NCBI GenBank assembly: GCA_903916765.1 | Contig: CAIWXV010000138.1 | Span: 14,453-78,452, forward strand | Direction of reading: 5' to 3' | From: an uncultured Dehalococcoidia bacterium | GTDB lineage: Bacteria; Chloroflexota; Dehalococcoidia; Dehalococcoidales; Fen-1064 | Length of the DNA: 64,000 nucleotides | Shown here: in pieces, positions 20,059 to 29,672 of the stretch | Layout of the letters: every line of letters starts with the position of its first letter | Numbering within the stretch: position 1 is the stretch's first letter | Notes under the pieces: model-generated | The model's input: the letters and a program-made list of their open reading frames with translations, nothing else | Told to the model about the DNA's origin: nothing | Databases searched by the model: none | Position numbers and translations under genes: made by a program

Positions 20059-20787
20059 TTAAAAATCAGGCACGGGTGGAAGCATTCGCTTGTGCCGACG
20101 GTTTGCCATCATAGATTCAATTTTGTCTTTGATAATAGTAGCAGCTTTGCCAGATGTCAAGAATGTATCAAGTTCTTTATAGGTTAGTCCCATTTCCCCT
20201 TCATCGGTTTGTCCCGGCCATAAACCTGCCGACGGCGGTTTGTCGATAATTTCTTTCGGGATGCCCAGATACATGGCAAGCTGAATGACCTGTCTTTTTA
20301 CCAGGTTCCCGATGGGCATAATATCCACTCCACCATCACCATATTTTGTGAAGTAGCCGATGGAAAGTTCGCTTCTGTTACTGGAGCCAACCACCATATA
20401 TTTCAGTCGATTTGCAAAGTAATAGAGCGTCAGCATCCTCAGTCTGGCTTTAAGATTGGATTTTGCCATACGGTCTACGTCGGCTGCAGTCTTGTCTTGT
20501 GGCAGTATTTTCAGAAAATTATCGTAAATATCAGCCAGTTCAATAAATTTGTATTTAATCGAGAATTTAACGGCTACCAATTTTGCGTGTTCCTGGTCTT
20601 CGGGGTTACTGTAGCAGGGTAGATTGATGCCCAGCGTATTTTGCGGAAAGGCACGTTGGCACAAAACAGCGACTATCGCAGAATCGATGCCTCCGCTCAT
20701 TCCCAGCACGGCACCTTTACAGCCGGCGGTTGTGACCTTGTCTCTTATCCATAAGACTAGCTTCTCTGTCAGTTGTTTATCATCCAT
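20059..20787 (-). CDS. nadE: NH3-dependent NAD+ synthetase
   Basis: PP-loop GMSGGIDSAIVAVL. 242 aa. Confidence 0.9.
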   Translation of the reverse strand: MDDKQLTEKLVLWIRDKVTTAGCKGAVLGMSGGIDSAIVAVLCQRAFPQNTLGINLPCYSNPEDQEHAKLVAVKFSIKYKFIELADIYDNFLKILPQDKTAADVDRMAKSNLKARLRMLTLYYFANRLKYMVVGSSNRSELSIGYFTKYGDGGVDIMPIGNLVKRQVIQLAMYLGIPKEIIDKPPSAGLWPGQTDEGEMGLTYKELDTFLTSGKAATIIKDKIESMMANRRHKRMLPPVPDF

Positions 20788-20872
20788 CTTTGTCTCTAAT
20801 TGTCCTTGTGTTTAATGGGTAGTATACTGTCTAATTGGGCAAAAGGTCAAAATATCAAATAGGAGTATCATG

Positions 20873-20928
20873 CCAGCGCAGGCTGGAATCCAGAGTATTT
20901 ATAACTGGATCCCGATGTAAATCGGGAT
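20873..20928. repeat. REP-like hairpin pair in the divergent intergenic region
   Basis: ccagc-gcag-gctgg (5 bp) and atcccgat-gtaa-atcgggat (8 bp perfect). Translates to the ...PAQAGIQ... pseudo-peptide typical of palindromic intergenic elements. Confidence 0.5.
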
Positions 20929-20946
20929 GGTGAAAAGTGAATAGAG

Positions 20947-22497
20947 ATGCCTGCCGCCGACTTAATTTTCAAAAATGCCAATGTCATCACCGTTGATTCT
21001 AAACAACCGGTGGCTGAATTTGTGGCAGTGAAGGGCGAAAATATTCTTTTTGTCGGTTTAAAAGATAGGCTGAACGAATTTAGTGGACCAGACACGAAGA
21101 TAATCGATTGTGAGGGGCAAACTCTGGTTCCCGGTTTCAATGATGCCCACTGCCATATATTTTCTTTTGTCCGAAAGCTTACCAGTATCGACCTCAGTTC
21201 GCCTGAAATCAAGTCAATTGATGATATTAAAGCAGTCATCAAGAAGAAAGCCGAAAATACACCGCCGGAACAATGGATAAGCGCAACTGATTATAATGAA
21301 TTCTATCTTACCGAAAAACGCCACCCTAACCGATGGGAAATAGATGAAGTTGCTCCGAACCACCCGGTTGTTTTATCTCATCGCTCTCTGCATGGTTGTG
21401 TTCTCAATAGCCGGGCGTTAGCTCTGGCAGGTATCACTTCGGAAACTCCTGAACCGCCGGGGACGATGATTGGCAGGAGGGCTGAAGACGGGGAGCCGAA
21501 TGGTTTTTTGGTCGAGATGCTGGGTTATATCAGGGAAAAAGTAATGCCGCCTATCTCTGCCGAGGAACTCGATAAAAACATCCGGTTAGCCAGTGCACAA
21601 TACCTTTCTCAGGGTTTGACTTCTCTTCAAGATGCCACCTTCGTAAATGATTTCAAAAGGTGGCAGTCCTATCAGCATTTTAAGGAACACGGTTTACTAA
21701 AAAGTCGAGTTTATATGATGACCGGTGTGGAAAAAGTACAGGAATTCCAGAAGGCCGGGTTATCTTTTGGCTCCGGTGATGAACATTTGCGGCTGGGGGC
21801 TGTCAAGATTATTCCCAGTCTAGTTTCCGGTAGATTGTATCCCGCTCAGACGGAATTGAATCAAATTGTTCTGGATGCCCATCGGGCAGGCTTTCAGGTG
21901 GCATGTCACGCTGTACAGGTGGGATTGTTAAATGCAGTTATTCGCACTTACGAGTATTTGCAGGAACACTCACCGGATTTCAGCGTCAGGCGACACCGTG
22001 TCGAACATTGCGCCGAATGTACGCCGCAGATGGTTCAATGCATTAAACGTTTACAACTGACAGTCGTTACCCATCCTTCTTATGCTTATTACAATGGCGA
22101 TAGATATCTGTCGACTGTTTCATCAGATATCATTCCATTTCTCTATCCGTTGAGGTCTCTGGTAGATTCCGGTATTATCACGGCAGGCGCATCCGATTCC
22201 CCGGTGGTGTCCAATAATCCTTTGATGGGTATCTATGGCGCCATCACCCGGCTGACTTCTTCCAAGCGGAAAATGGAGCAAAAGGAGAGTATTACCGCAA
22301 TGCAGGCGTTAGCTCTTTACACCATCAATGCCGCCTATGCTTCTCACGAAGAAAAAATCAAAGGCTCAATTGTTCCCGGTAAATTAGCGGATATGGTTTT
22401 GCTGAGTGACGACCCTATCAGGGTGTCGCCTGAAAAGATAAAAGAAATCAAAGTTCAGATGACCGTTGTCGGCGGGAAAGTCGTGTGGGAAGCTTGA
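20947..22497 (+). CDS. Amidohydrolase-3 family metal-dependent hydrolase (YtcJ-like)
   Basis: 516 aa. PGFNDAHCHIF metal motif. C-terminal GSIVPGKLADMVLL is typical of the family. Confidence 0.75.
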   Translation: MPAADLIFKNANVITVDSKQPVAEFVAVKGENILFVGLKDRLNEFSGPDTKIIDCEGQTLVPGFNDAHCHIFSFVRKLTSIDLSSPEIKSIDDIKAVIKKKAENTPPEQWISATDYNEFYLTEKRHPNRWEIDEVAPNHPVVLSHRSLHGCVLNSRALALAGITSETPEPPGTMIGRRAEDGEPNGFLVEMLGYIREKVMPPISAEELDKNIRLASAQYLSQGLTSLQDATFVNDFKRWQSYQHFKEHGLLKSRVYMMTGVEKVQEFQKAGLSFGSGDEHLRLGAVKIIPSLVSGRLYPAQTELNQIVLDAHRAGFQVACHAVQVGLLNAVIRTYEYLQEHSPDFSVRRHRVEHCAECTPQMVQCIKRLQLTVVTHPSYAYYNGDRYLSTVSSDIIPFLYPLRSLVDSGIITAGASDSPVVSNNPLMGIYGAITRLTSSKRKMEQKESITAMQALALYTINAAYASHEEKIKGSIVPGKLADMVLLSDDPIRVSPEKIKEIKVQMTVVGGKVVWEA

Positions 22498-22540
22498 CGC
22501 ATTTTAGTGTAGTCGTTAAACTAGGAATTGGAGAAAACAG

Positions 22541-22768
22541 ATGCCAATCTACGAATATATTTGCCCCGATTGCAAAACAAAGTTTGAGCTGATGCGCCCT
22601 CTGAGCAAATCCGGCGAACCGGCTGATTGTCCTAAATGCAAACATCCCTCGAAACGGACACTCTCCAAATTCGCTTGCTTTATTACCGATGAATCTGGAG
22701 CTACCTCTCCTGTCGGAGGTGGTTGTGCAGGTTGTGCCTCCGGCAGTTGTAATACTTGCCATACCTAA
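22541..22768 (+). CDS. FmdB-family zinc-ribbon protein
   Basis: MPIYEYICPDCKTKFE...CPKCK plus a Gly/Cys-rich tail. Confidence 0.8.
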   Translation: MPIYEYICPDCKTKFELMRPLSKSGEPADCPKCKHPSKRTLSKFACFITDESGATSPVGGGCAGCASGSCNTCHT

Positions 22769-22819
22769 GAATTTCTGAAGAAAGCAGCCGATAAAACCAG
22801 ATTGGTGAGAAAAGTGGGG

Positions 22820-23566
22820 CTATGAACTACTTGCGGCGTCTATGGGTGGAATGATAGCCTTATCCTTTTTTCTGCGATAACCCAGATAAACTCCCGATAC
22901 AATATCCAGGATTGTTGCCATTAATGCAATGGTTACCGCACAGTAAATCACGGCATCATACCAAAAACCTTGTGGAAACAATAACAGCATATTTCCTTCT
23001 GCCGACCAAAAATCATTGCTGAAACTTATGAGGTGAAACTGGTAGAAAAGTTGGTCGAAATTCAGCCAGATGCCGATACCCAGCAATATCATTATCCCCA
23101 GTGTCAGGGCACTGCCTGTCGCGGCACTCCATGCTAGATGCAGCCGATATTTACCCTTCCGCCAGAAGATACTTATTAGAGCGAAGGCGAGACAGTAAGC
23201 AAGTGTTCCTGCTAGAAGATAATAATTGAGTCTAAATAGCCCCTTCACATCTTTGAAGTGTAGGATTTCTTCGCTGTTAAACAATTCTACGGTTTTACCA
23301 TTCTGCATTACTGTCAGGTGGATCAGCTCGTCACTCGAATTGAAATAACGGATGAATCCCTGAGCGATTTTCTCCATATCATAATTGGTGAGATTCAAGC
23401 CGTTGTCTACCAGGCTCTGTCGGACATCGTATTTTTCGAATCGGTGAGTATAAAAATCATTACTATTGACTACCCAGCTGATAGTGATGTTGAAAGCTAG
23501 TACCGGCACACAGATTATAAATAATCCACGAGCAATGATTGATAAGATTTTCATATTCGTTATCAA
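22820..23566 (-). CDS. DUF1461/TIGR01906-like integral membrane protein (Lit-like)
   Basis: 248 aa. N-terminal TM helix, an extracytoplasmic segment with HFKDVKGLF, then 3-4 C-terminal TM helices. Family assignment is from memory. Confidence 0.5.
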   Translation of the reverse strand: MITNMKILSIIARGLFIICVPVLAFNITISWVVNSNDFYTHRFEKYDVRQSLVDNGLNLTNYDMEKIAQGFIRYFNSSDELIHLTVMQNGKTVELFNSEEILHFKDVKGLFRLNYYLLAGTLAYCLAFALISIFWRKGKYRLHLAWSAATGSALTLGIMILLGIGIWLNFDQLFYQFHLISFSNDFWSAEGNMLLLFPQGFWYDAVIYCAVTIALMATILDIVSGVYLGYRRKKDKAIIPPIDAASSS

Positions 23567-23663
23567 GATTGTACACTTTTGGGCGGAAATTAGACAATGA
23601 CTCGACGAGAAGACAGGTTTGCGGTGTGCTGAACAATCTTTATCCCTCGCCCCTAAAATGTCT

Positions 23664-23672
23664 GTGCTATAA
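23664..23672 (+). promoter_or_regulatory. Extended -10 promoter element upstream of dnaE
   Basis: TGcTATAAT, 34 nt upstream of ATG 23706. No good -35. Confidence 0.4.
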
Positions 23673-23705
23673 TTATCTAGCCACTGATTTTTTCAAGGGA
23701 AATCC

Positions 23706-26700
23706 ATGTTTACTCATCTTCATATCCATAGTGAATATAGTCTGCTCGACGGTATGTGCCGTATTCCTCGCCTGGTAGCCCGTACGAAAGAATTGGGGAT
23801 GGATAGTCTGGCTCTTACCGATCATGGCGTGATGTATGGCGCCATCGAATTCTACCGATTGGCAAAAGAAGCTGGTATCAGACCTATTATCGGGTGCGAG
23901 GTCTATGTCTCCCAGAATGGGCATTCCGAGCGTATTTCTGGCGAGAGAAGCAACTACCATCTCGTTTTATTAGCTAAAAACCAGACCGGCTACCGCAATC
24001 TGATTCAACTGGTTACCCGCGCTCATCTGGAGGGTTTTTATTACAAGCCGCGAATCGATAAAGAGCTTCTCCGTGAATTCAGCGCCGGATTGGTAGCTCT
24101 TTCGGCATGCACTTCCGGTGAGATTTCCCAACTTATTCTTTCAGGGCGCATCGATGATGCTAAAAAGGCTGCCTTATGGTACAAAGAAACCTTCGGTGAT
24201 TTTTATCTGGAAATTCAACGTTTTCCTATCCCGGAAGTTGAGCAGATAAATCCGGTACTGATTGAAATGAGCCGCGAATTGAATATTCCACTGGTGGCAA
24301 CCAATGATGTTCATTACCTGAACAAAGAAGATGCCTCAACCCACGACCTTTTACTCTGCATCGGCACTAACTCATCGGTCAATGACACAAAAAGATTAAA
24401 AATGGCAGGCGACTTCTTTTACCTGAAATCTCCTGAGGAGATGATAGAAGCCTATCGCGATATCCCGGAGGCAATAGAGAATACCCATCACATTGCGGAA
24501 ATGTGCGATCTCAAACTCGATTTCGGACGGCTTCATTTACCTGAGATAGAATTGCCGCCCGGTAAGACACCGGACGAGTACCTTGCTGACCTCTGCTGGC
24601 AGGCATTGCCCCGTTATTACCCCAATCCTACGGAAGAAATTAAACAGCGCCTCCAGTATGAGCTGGATGTCGTAAAGCACACTCAATTTGCCAACTACTT
24701 TTTGGTCGTTTGGGATATTATTTCGTTTGTCCGGGAAAATAATATTCTTTTTGGTGTGAGAGGTAGTGCTGCTGCCAGTATCATTCTCCGTTGTCTCGGC
24801 ATTACCGAACTCGACCCTATCGAGCACCGTCTGGTCTTCGAACGTTTCCTCAATATGGAACGTAAAGAGATGCCTGATGTCGATCTGGATTTTCAGGATG
24901 ACCGACGTGAAGAGGTTATTTCTTACGTCTCACAGAAATTCGGACAGGACCATGTCGCTCAGATTATTACCTTTGGGACATTGGGTGCTCGGGCTGCAAT
25001 CCGTGACGTCGGACGAGCCCTGGGTATGACCTATGTTGATGTCGACCGTGTTGCCAAGCTTATTCCCTTTGGTCCGGGCGTGACCCTGACAAAAGCTCTC
25101 GAGCAGAATCCGGAATTGAAGAACATTTATGACGAGGACCCCATCATTCGTAAATTGATTGAATCCGCTCGTAAAGTGGAAGGGATCGCCCGTCATGGAA
25201 GTACTCATGCCGCCGGTGTCGTTATCTCTAAAGAACCCTTGACCAAACATGTCCCCCTGCAAAGAGTGAGTAAGGGTAACGGTGAGGGTGGTGTGATGGT
25301 GCAGTTTCCGATGGAAGACGTCGCTCGTATCGGTTTGCTCAAGATGGACTTCCTCGGATTAATAAATCTGACGATTTTGGGTCTAGCAAAAAAACTCATT
25401 ATGACACGCCGTAATATTGATATCGACCTGTATCATATTCCGCTGGATGATACCAAGACCTTCCAATTGCTTTCATCGGGAGAAACGGCAGGCATTTTCC
25501 AGTTGGAAGGCACCGGTATGCGACGTTATATCAAGGAATTGAAACCTAATACATTCCCAGATATTGCGGCAATGGTTGCCCTGTATCGTCCGGGGCCCAT
25601 GGAGCAGATTCCCACTTTTATCAAAGCCAAACACGGAGAAGAGCCGATACATTATCCGCATCCAATCCTTGCCCGTTTTCTCGAGGAGACATACGGAGTT
25701 ATTGTTTATCAGGAACAGGTGCTGTTCATTGTGCGGGAGTTTGCCGGTTACAGTCTGGGCAAAGCTGACATCTTCCGTAAAGCGATGGGCAAGAAGATTC
25801 TTGAGGTGATGCAAAAAGAAAAGCAGAACTTCCTTAACGGAGCGAAAGAAAAAGGATTCTCATCGGAACTGGCGGAACAGGTTTTTGCCCGCATCGAACC
25901 TTTCGCCGGCTATGCCTTCAATAAAGCGCATGCCTTCAGCTATGCACTTGTTGCCTACCAGACCGCTTATCTCAAGGCGAATTTCACAGTGGAATATATG
26001 GCGGCTCTTCTGAGCGCTCATGCCGGCGTGACGGAAAAAATTGTCAGTGCGATTAGCGAGTGCCGTCGACTGGACATCAAAGTATTACCGCCGGATATAA
26101 ATCACAGTCAGGCGAATTTCTCAATTGAGGAAGATGAAAAAGGCAATCAGGGCATTCGTTTTGGGCTAACCTCTATCAAAAATGTTGGTGTCGGTGCAAT
26201 AGAATCAATCATTGCCGAACGCGAGAAAAACGGTAAGTTCAAATCGATTGAAGACCTGTGCCGCCGGTGCGACCTGCGGAATATGAATCGGCGGGTAATG
26301 GAAAGTCTTATCAAAGTCGGGGTGTTCGATTGTATGGGCAATCGCGGGACCTTGTTGAATAATGTTAATGAGGTTCTATCGTTGGCACAACGCGAACAAC
26401 GTTATCGGGAAGCAGGGCAATCGACAATGTTCGACCTGTGGGGTAAGGAAGTGCCGGTGCCGGTTTCTAGTCTGGATCTAGCTGAGACTGAAGTTCCTGT
26501 CAAGGATAAGCTCAGTTGGGAAAAGGAACTGATGGGGGTTTATCTGTCGGAGCATCCGTTCAGTGCCTATGCCGATAAAATTGCGGCTGAGAATATTGTC
26601 CTTTGTGGTCAAATCGATGGTGATATGGTCGGGCAGACGGTGCTGGTAGCAGGTATGATAACCTCTGTCAGCCATCTGATGACGAAGGCTCAAAAACCAT

Positions 26701-27251
26701 TCGTTAAAGCTTCCTTGGAAGACCTGGATGGCAGTATCGAAGTGATGATTTGGTCGGATGTTTATCTGGAAACTCAAGACCTGTGGGAAGAAGGCAATAT
26801 CGTGCTGATTGAAGGTAGGGTAGGGATGCGGGATGATGGTTTGCAAATCAGCTGTAAGAAGGCAAGCCGTTATCAGCCAGATAAACCCCGACAGGAAAAA
26901 ATATTGCCTCCTGTTGTGAAACCGGCGGTTGTCGCCAATGGCAAATCTGTTTATAATGCTAAAGTCGAGAATAATCATGCGCCTCCTAAGCGGTATAAGA
27001 TTATCATCACCCTCAAAGAAACAGATGATAGCGATAAGGATGCGAATTACCTGCGACGCGTGATTTATACTATGAGGGAATACCCCGGGCAGGATGAGGT
27101 CAGTCTGCGTATTGATAGTGAAGGTAAATTAGTTAACCTGAAGCTCCCGAATCTCTATACGGGTTACAGTGTCGAATTGCATCAGCGTTTGGCCGAATTA
27201 GTCGGCGAAACTGGTTTGAAAGTAGAGTCCATTGTGGAAGTGGGCTCTTGA
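23706..27251 (+). CDS. dnaE: DNA polymerase III alpha subunit
   Basis: 1181 aa. PHP HLHIHSEYSLLDG, palm MPDVDLDFQDDRR, HhH and OB regions. Confidence 0.95.
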   Translation: MFTHLHIHSEYSLLDGMCRIPRLVARTKELGMDSLALTDHGVMYGAIEFYRLAKEAGIRPIIGCEVYVSQNGHSERISGERSNYHLVLLAKNQTGYRNLIQLVTRAHLEGFYYKPRIDKELLREFSAGLVALSACTSGEISQLILSGRIDDAKKAALWYKETFGDFYLEIQRFPIPEVEQINPVLIEMSRELNIPLVATNDVHYLNKEDASTHDLLLCIGTNSSVNDTKRLKMAGDFFYLKSPEEMIEAYRDIPEAIENTHHIAEMCDLKLDFGRLHLPEIELPPGKTPDEYLADLCWQALPRYYPNPTEEIKQRLQYELDVVKHTQFANYFLVVWDIISFVRENNILFGVRGSAAASIILRCLGITELDPIEHRLVFERFLNMERKEMPDVDLDFQDDRREEVISYVSQKFGQDHVAQIITFGTLGARAAIRDVGRALGMTYVDVDRVAKLIPFGPGVTLTKALEQNPELKNIYDEDPIIRKLIESARKVEGIARHGSTHAAGVVISKEPLTKHVPLQRVSKGNGEGGVMVQFPMEDVARIGLLKMDFLGLINLTILGLAKKLIMTRRNIDIDLYHIPLDDTKTFQLLSSGETAGIFQLEGTGMRRYIKELKPNTFPDIAAMVALYRPGPMEQIPTFIKAKHGEEPIHYPHPILARFLEETYGVIVYQEQVLFIVREFAGYSLGKADIFRKAMGKKILEVMQKEKQNFLNGAKEKGFSSELAEQVFARIEPFAGYAFNKAHAFSYALVAYQTAYLKANFTVEYMAALLSAHAGVTEKIVSAISECRRLDIKVLPPDINHSQANFSIEEDEKGNQGIRFGLTSIKNVGVGAIESIIAEREKNGKFKSIEDLCRRCDLRNMNRRVMESLIKVGVFDCMGNRGTLLNNVNEVLSLAQREQRYREAGQSTMFDLWGKEVPVPVSSLDLAETEVPVKDKLSWEKELMGVYLSEHPFSAYADKIAAENIVLCGQIDGDMVGQTVLVAGMITSVSHLMTKAQKPFVKASLEDLDGSIEVMIWSDVYLETQDLWEEGNIVLIEGRVGMRDDGLQISCKKASRYQPDKPRQEKILPPVVKPAVVANGKSVYNAKVENNHAPPKRYKIIITLKETDDSDKDANYLRRVIYTMREYPGQDEVSLRIDSEGKLVNLKLPNLYTGYSVELHQRLAELVGETGLKVESIVEVGS

Positions 27252-27270
27252 GCGTGGTAGAGGTGTCGAT

Positions 27271-27681
27271 ATGGATTTATTAATGATACTATTGGGGTTT
27301 TTACTGCTGATATTGGCGTCGGTTTTGCAGGTTTATTGTGAATTCGGCAGGCAATCTCGTCCAGAATTCCGTCATAAAATCTTTGGCACGCGTTTTCGAT
27401 ATGCGTTGGAAGCAGGCTGGGTGATACTGATGTTAGCAGGGGGTGTAATCGTATTTCTTTACGGCTTGCTTATGGGATATAGTTGGATTCCGGGAGTTAT
27501 TGCCATTATCGGTTTCTGGCTGATACTTCCCTTTATTATCACCCCTATTATGAGGCATCGCCTTTTACCCCCATGGGATGAGGTCAAGACGGAATTGGAA
27601 CCAAAAGGATATACCGAACGTGATTACTGGCGCGGCGATTGGTGGATGAAGGATCTACAAAGCAGACGGCGCAAGCGTTAA
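27271..27681 (+). CDS. Hypothetical membrane protein
   Basis: About 4 hydrophobic helices and a basic C-terminus. ATG 27271 preferred, since TTG 27232 would overlap the dnaE end. Confidence 0.5.
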   Translation: MDLLMILLGFLLLILASVLQVYCEFGRQSRPEFRHKIFGTRFRYALEAGWVILMLAGGVIVFLYGLLMGYSWIPGVIAIIGFWLILPFIITPIMRHRLLPPWDEVKTELEPKGYTERDYWRGDWWMKDLQSRRRKR

Positions 27682-27722
27682 ATACAGCAAAATTCTAAGG
27701 TGACAAAATACCGTTAGAAAAT

Positions 27723-28439
27723 GTGCCGGTCGGGCACAGAAAGCGATTGAGAGAAAGGTTTATCAAAAGCGGTTTATCGGGTTTCGCCGATTATGAAGTT
27801 GTGGAACTGCTTCTCAGTCTCGGTACGCCGCGTAAAGATTGCAAACCTCAGGCAAAGGAAGCAATAAAGAGGTTCAAGCCACTTAGAGGCGTTCTCTCTG
27901 CTTCTCCACAGGAATTACAACAAATCGATGGTATAGGTTCACACTCTGCTTTCGGTATCAAACTTGTGCAGGAAGTCGCCCGGGAATTCTTGAAAGAAGA
28001 AATTGTCGATAAACCGTCTATTCAGTCGTCACGTGAGATTTATGATTATCTTTGTCATTCGATGCGCGACCTCAAAAAAGAGGTCTTCAAAGTCCTTTAT
28101 TTAACCAGCCAGAATCAGATTATCGATACCGCCGACCTTTTTGAAGGCACAGTCGACCATAGTCCCGTATCGCTCCGCGAGGTGATGGAGCAAGCTCTGG
28201 CTCACAATGCAGCTTCACTGATTTTTGCCCATAATCATCCTTCGGGTAATTGTGAGCCCAGTCAAAGCGATAAGGAACTCACCCGCGACCTTGTCTTTGC
28301 CGGTTGTATGATGCAACTCAGTGTCCTCGACCATATTATCATCGGTAACAACAAGTATTTCAGCTTTGCCGGTGGAGGATTGATAGACCAGTACGAGAAG
28401 GATTTTTTGGGTCTTAAGGTGAAGGGGAATCAGGGATAG
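27723..28439 (+). CDS. radC: RadC-family JAB-domain protein
   Basis: HhH-like N-terminus and JAMM motif FAHNHPSGNCEPSQSD. Confidence 0.85.
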   Translation: MPVGHRKRLRERFIKSGLSGFADYEVVELLLSLGTPRKDCKPQAKEAIKRFKPLRGVLSASPQELQQIDGIGSHSAFGIKLVQEVAREFLKEEIVDKPSIQSSREIYDYLCHSMRDLKKEVFKVLYLTSQNQIIDTADLFEGTVDHSPVSLREVMEQALAHNAASLIFAHNHPSGNCEPSQSDKELTRDLVFAGCMMQLSVLDHIIIGNNKYFSFAGGGLIDQYEKDFLGLKVKGNQG

Positions 28440-28451
28440 TAAACTGACTAT

Positions 28452-28976
28452 TTGGGAATGGATATGAAAATAGACCGAGTGATGCAAAAGACTTCTCTTT
28501 TCCTGGTTCTTACTCTGCTCTTGAGCTCTGTGACATTATCCGGTTGTGAAAAAGGAGAGAGCGGTAATTTCGGTATTTATCTGGTTGAAAGCGGTGAATT
28601 GGTATTATCCGACCAACATATCAAAGCATATTATCAAAATGACCATACCATTGAACTCAATAAAACAGGGATAGAACGCTGGAATTCATATCTTACCTAT
28701 TCTGACATTCCCAAGCTGGCAACCTCCCTCGCAGGTAAGGAATTTGTAGTTAAGTTGAGAGGGAAGGAGATGTATAAGGGAAAGTTCTATTCGATGGTTA
28801 TGTCTTCGAGTTATTCCGGTGTTGTAATTTTAGATGCTCTGATTAAACTCGATAACGAACATAATACAATTAGAATAGACTTTGGTTATCCGCCTGGATC
28901 TGATGGCGTAGGGCAAGACCCCAGAAACAACCCGGAAATTATCAGTTTCGTTGAGAGGCAGGGGCTATTAAAATAA
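28452..28976 (+). CDS. Hypothetical lipoprotein
   Basis: Signal peptide with lipobox LSGC. No recognisable domain. The start is ambiguous (several in-frame Met). Confidence 0.5.
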   Translation: MGMDMKIDRVMQKTSLFLVLTLLLSSVTLSGCEKGESGNFGIYLVESGELVLSDQHIKAYYQNDHTIELNKTGIERWNSYLTYSDIPKLATSLAGKEFVVKLRGKEMYKGKFYSMVMSSSYSGVVILDALIKLDNEHNTIRIDFGYPPGSDGVGQDPRNNPEIISFVERQGLLK

Positions 28977-28998
28977 TCTGAATGTGTAGGACATTTCT

Positions 28999-29027
28999 GT
29001 AGGGGTGGGTTTCAAACCCGCTCCTAC
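28999..29027. terminator. Palindromic GGGTTT-N-AAACCC hairpin between convergent genes (terminator/REP)
   Basis: gtaggggtgggttt-c-aaacccgctcctac forms 14 pairs including two G-U. Overlaps the ogt stop codon. Confidence 0.55.
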
Positions 29028-29536
29028 TTGGTGACACTTGATTGTTCCAATTCCAGCAGAGCCTGTTTTGCTTCTAAATCACCGCCGAATCCACCCAGAC
29101 CGCCGTCACTGGCAATTACCCGGTGGCAAGGAACTACAATCAGAAACGGATTTCTTCCAACTGCCTGCCCGACGGCGCGTGCCGCTAATGGTTGACCAAT
29201 CTGCTTGGCTACCCACCCGTAGCTCCTGGTTTCGCCGTAAGGAATGAGTCTGGTTGCTTTCCAGACACGTTTTTGAAATGGTGTGGCAAAAGAAAAATCC
29301 AGTTTATCAGGGAAAGAGGTCTTCTTACCTGAATAGTAGGATTGTAACCTCTCGATAGTGCTTTTGAGTGTATCAGGTGATAGTTCTGCCTGCCCTTCTC
29401 GCTGACCTAATGAGTCGAATGCTCGTTGTTTTGTAGGTTGAGGCAGAGTTACCGACAGCAACCCTTTTGACGATGCAAGGATTCCTACCCAGCCTCGGGC
29501 AGTATTGAAAACAGCGTAGAAAAGTTTGTCTTTCAT
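29024..29536 (-). CDS. ogt: Methylated-DNA--protein-cysteine methyltransferase
   Basis: Active site VVPCHRVIASDG. 170 aa. Confidence 0.9.
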   Translation of the reverse strand: MKDKLFYAVFNTARGWVGILASSKGLLSVTLPQPTKQRAFDSLGQREGQAELSPDTLKSTIERLQSYYSGKKTSFPDKLDFSFATPFQKRVWKATRLIPYGETRSYGWVAKQIGQPLAARAVGQAVGRNPFLIVVPCHRVIASDGGLGGFGGDLEAKQALLELEQSSVTK

Positions 29537-29585
29537 ATCAGTAATCAGCTACCATTATTCCATTTCCGTGCTGTGTATAGTTAAT

Positions 29586-29660
29586 CCCTTCTCCCTTGAT
29601 GGGAGAAGGTGGGATGAGGGTGAAACCCCTCACCTTAATCCTCTCCCACAAAGGGAGAGG
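29586..29660. repeat. Triple-hairpin REP-like element
   Basis: ccttctccc-ttgat-gggagaagg (9 bp), ggtga-aacccc-tcacc (5-7 bp) and cctctccc-acaaa-gggagagg (8 bp), in tandem. Confidence 0.7.
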
Positions 29661-29672
29661 ATATTACAATTT

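Noticed and set aside
26478-26978. 166-aa ORF antisense to the dnaE 3' region
   Set aside because: Shadow ORF within dnaE with an implausible composition.
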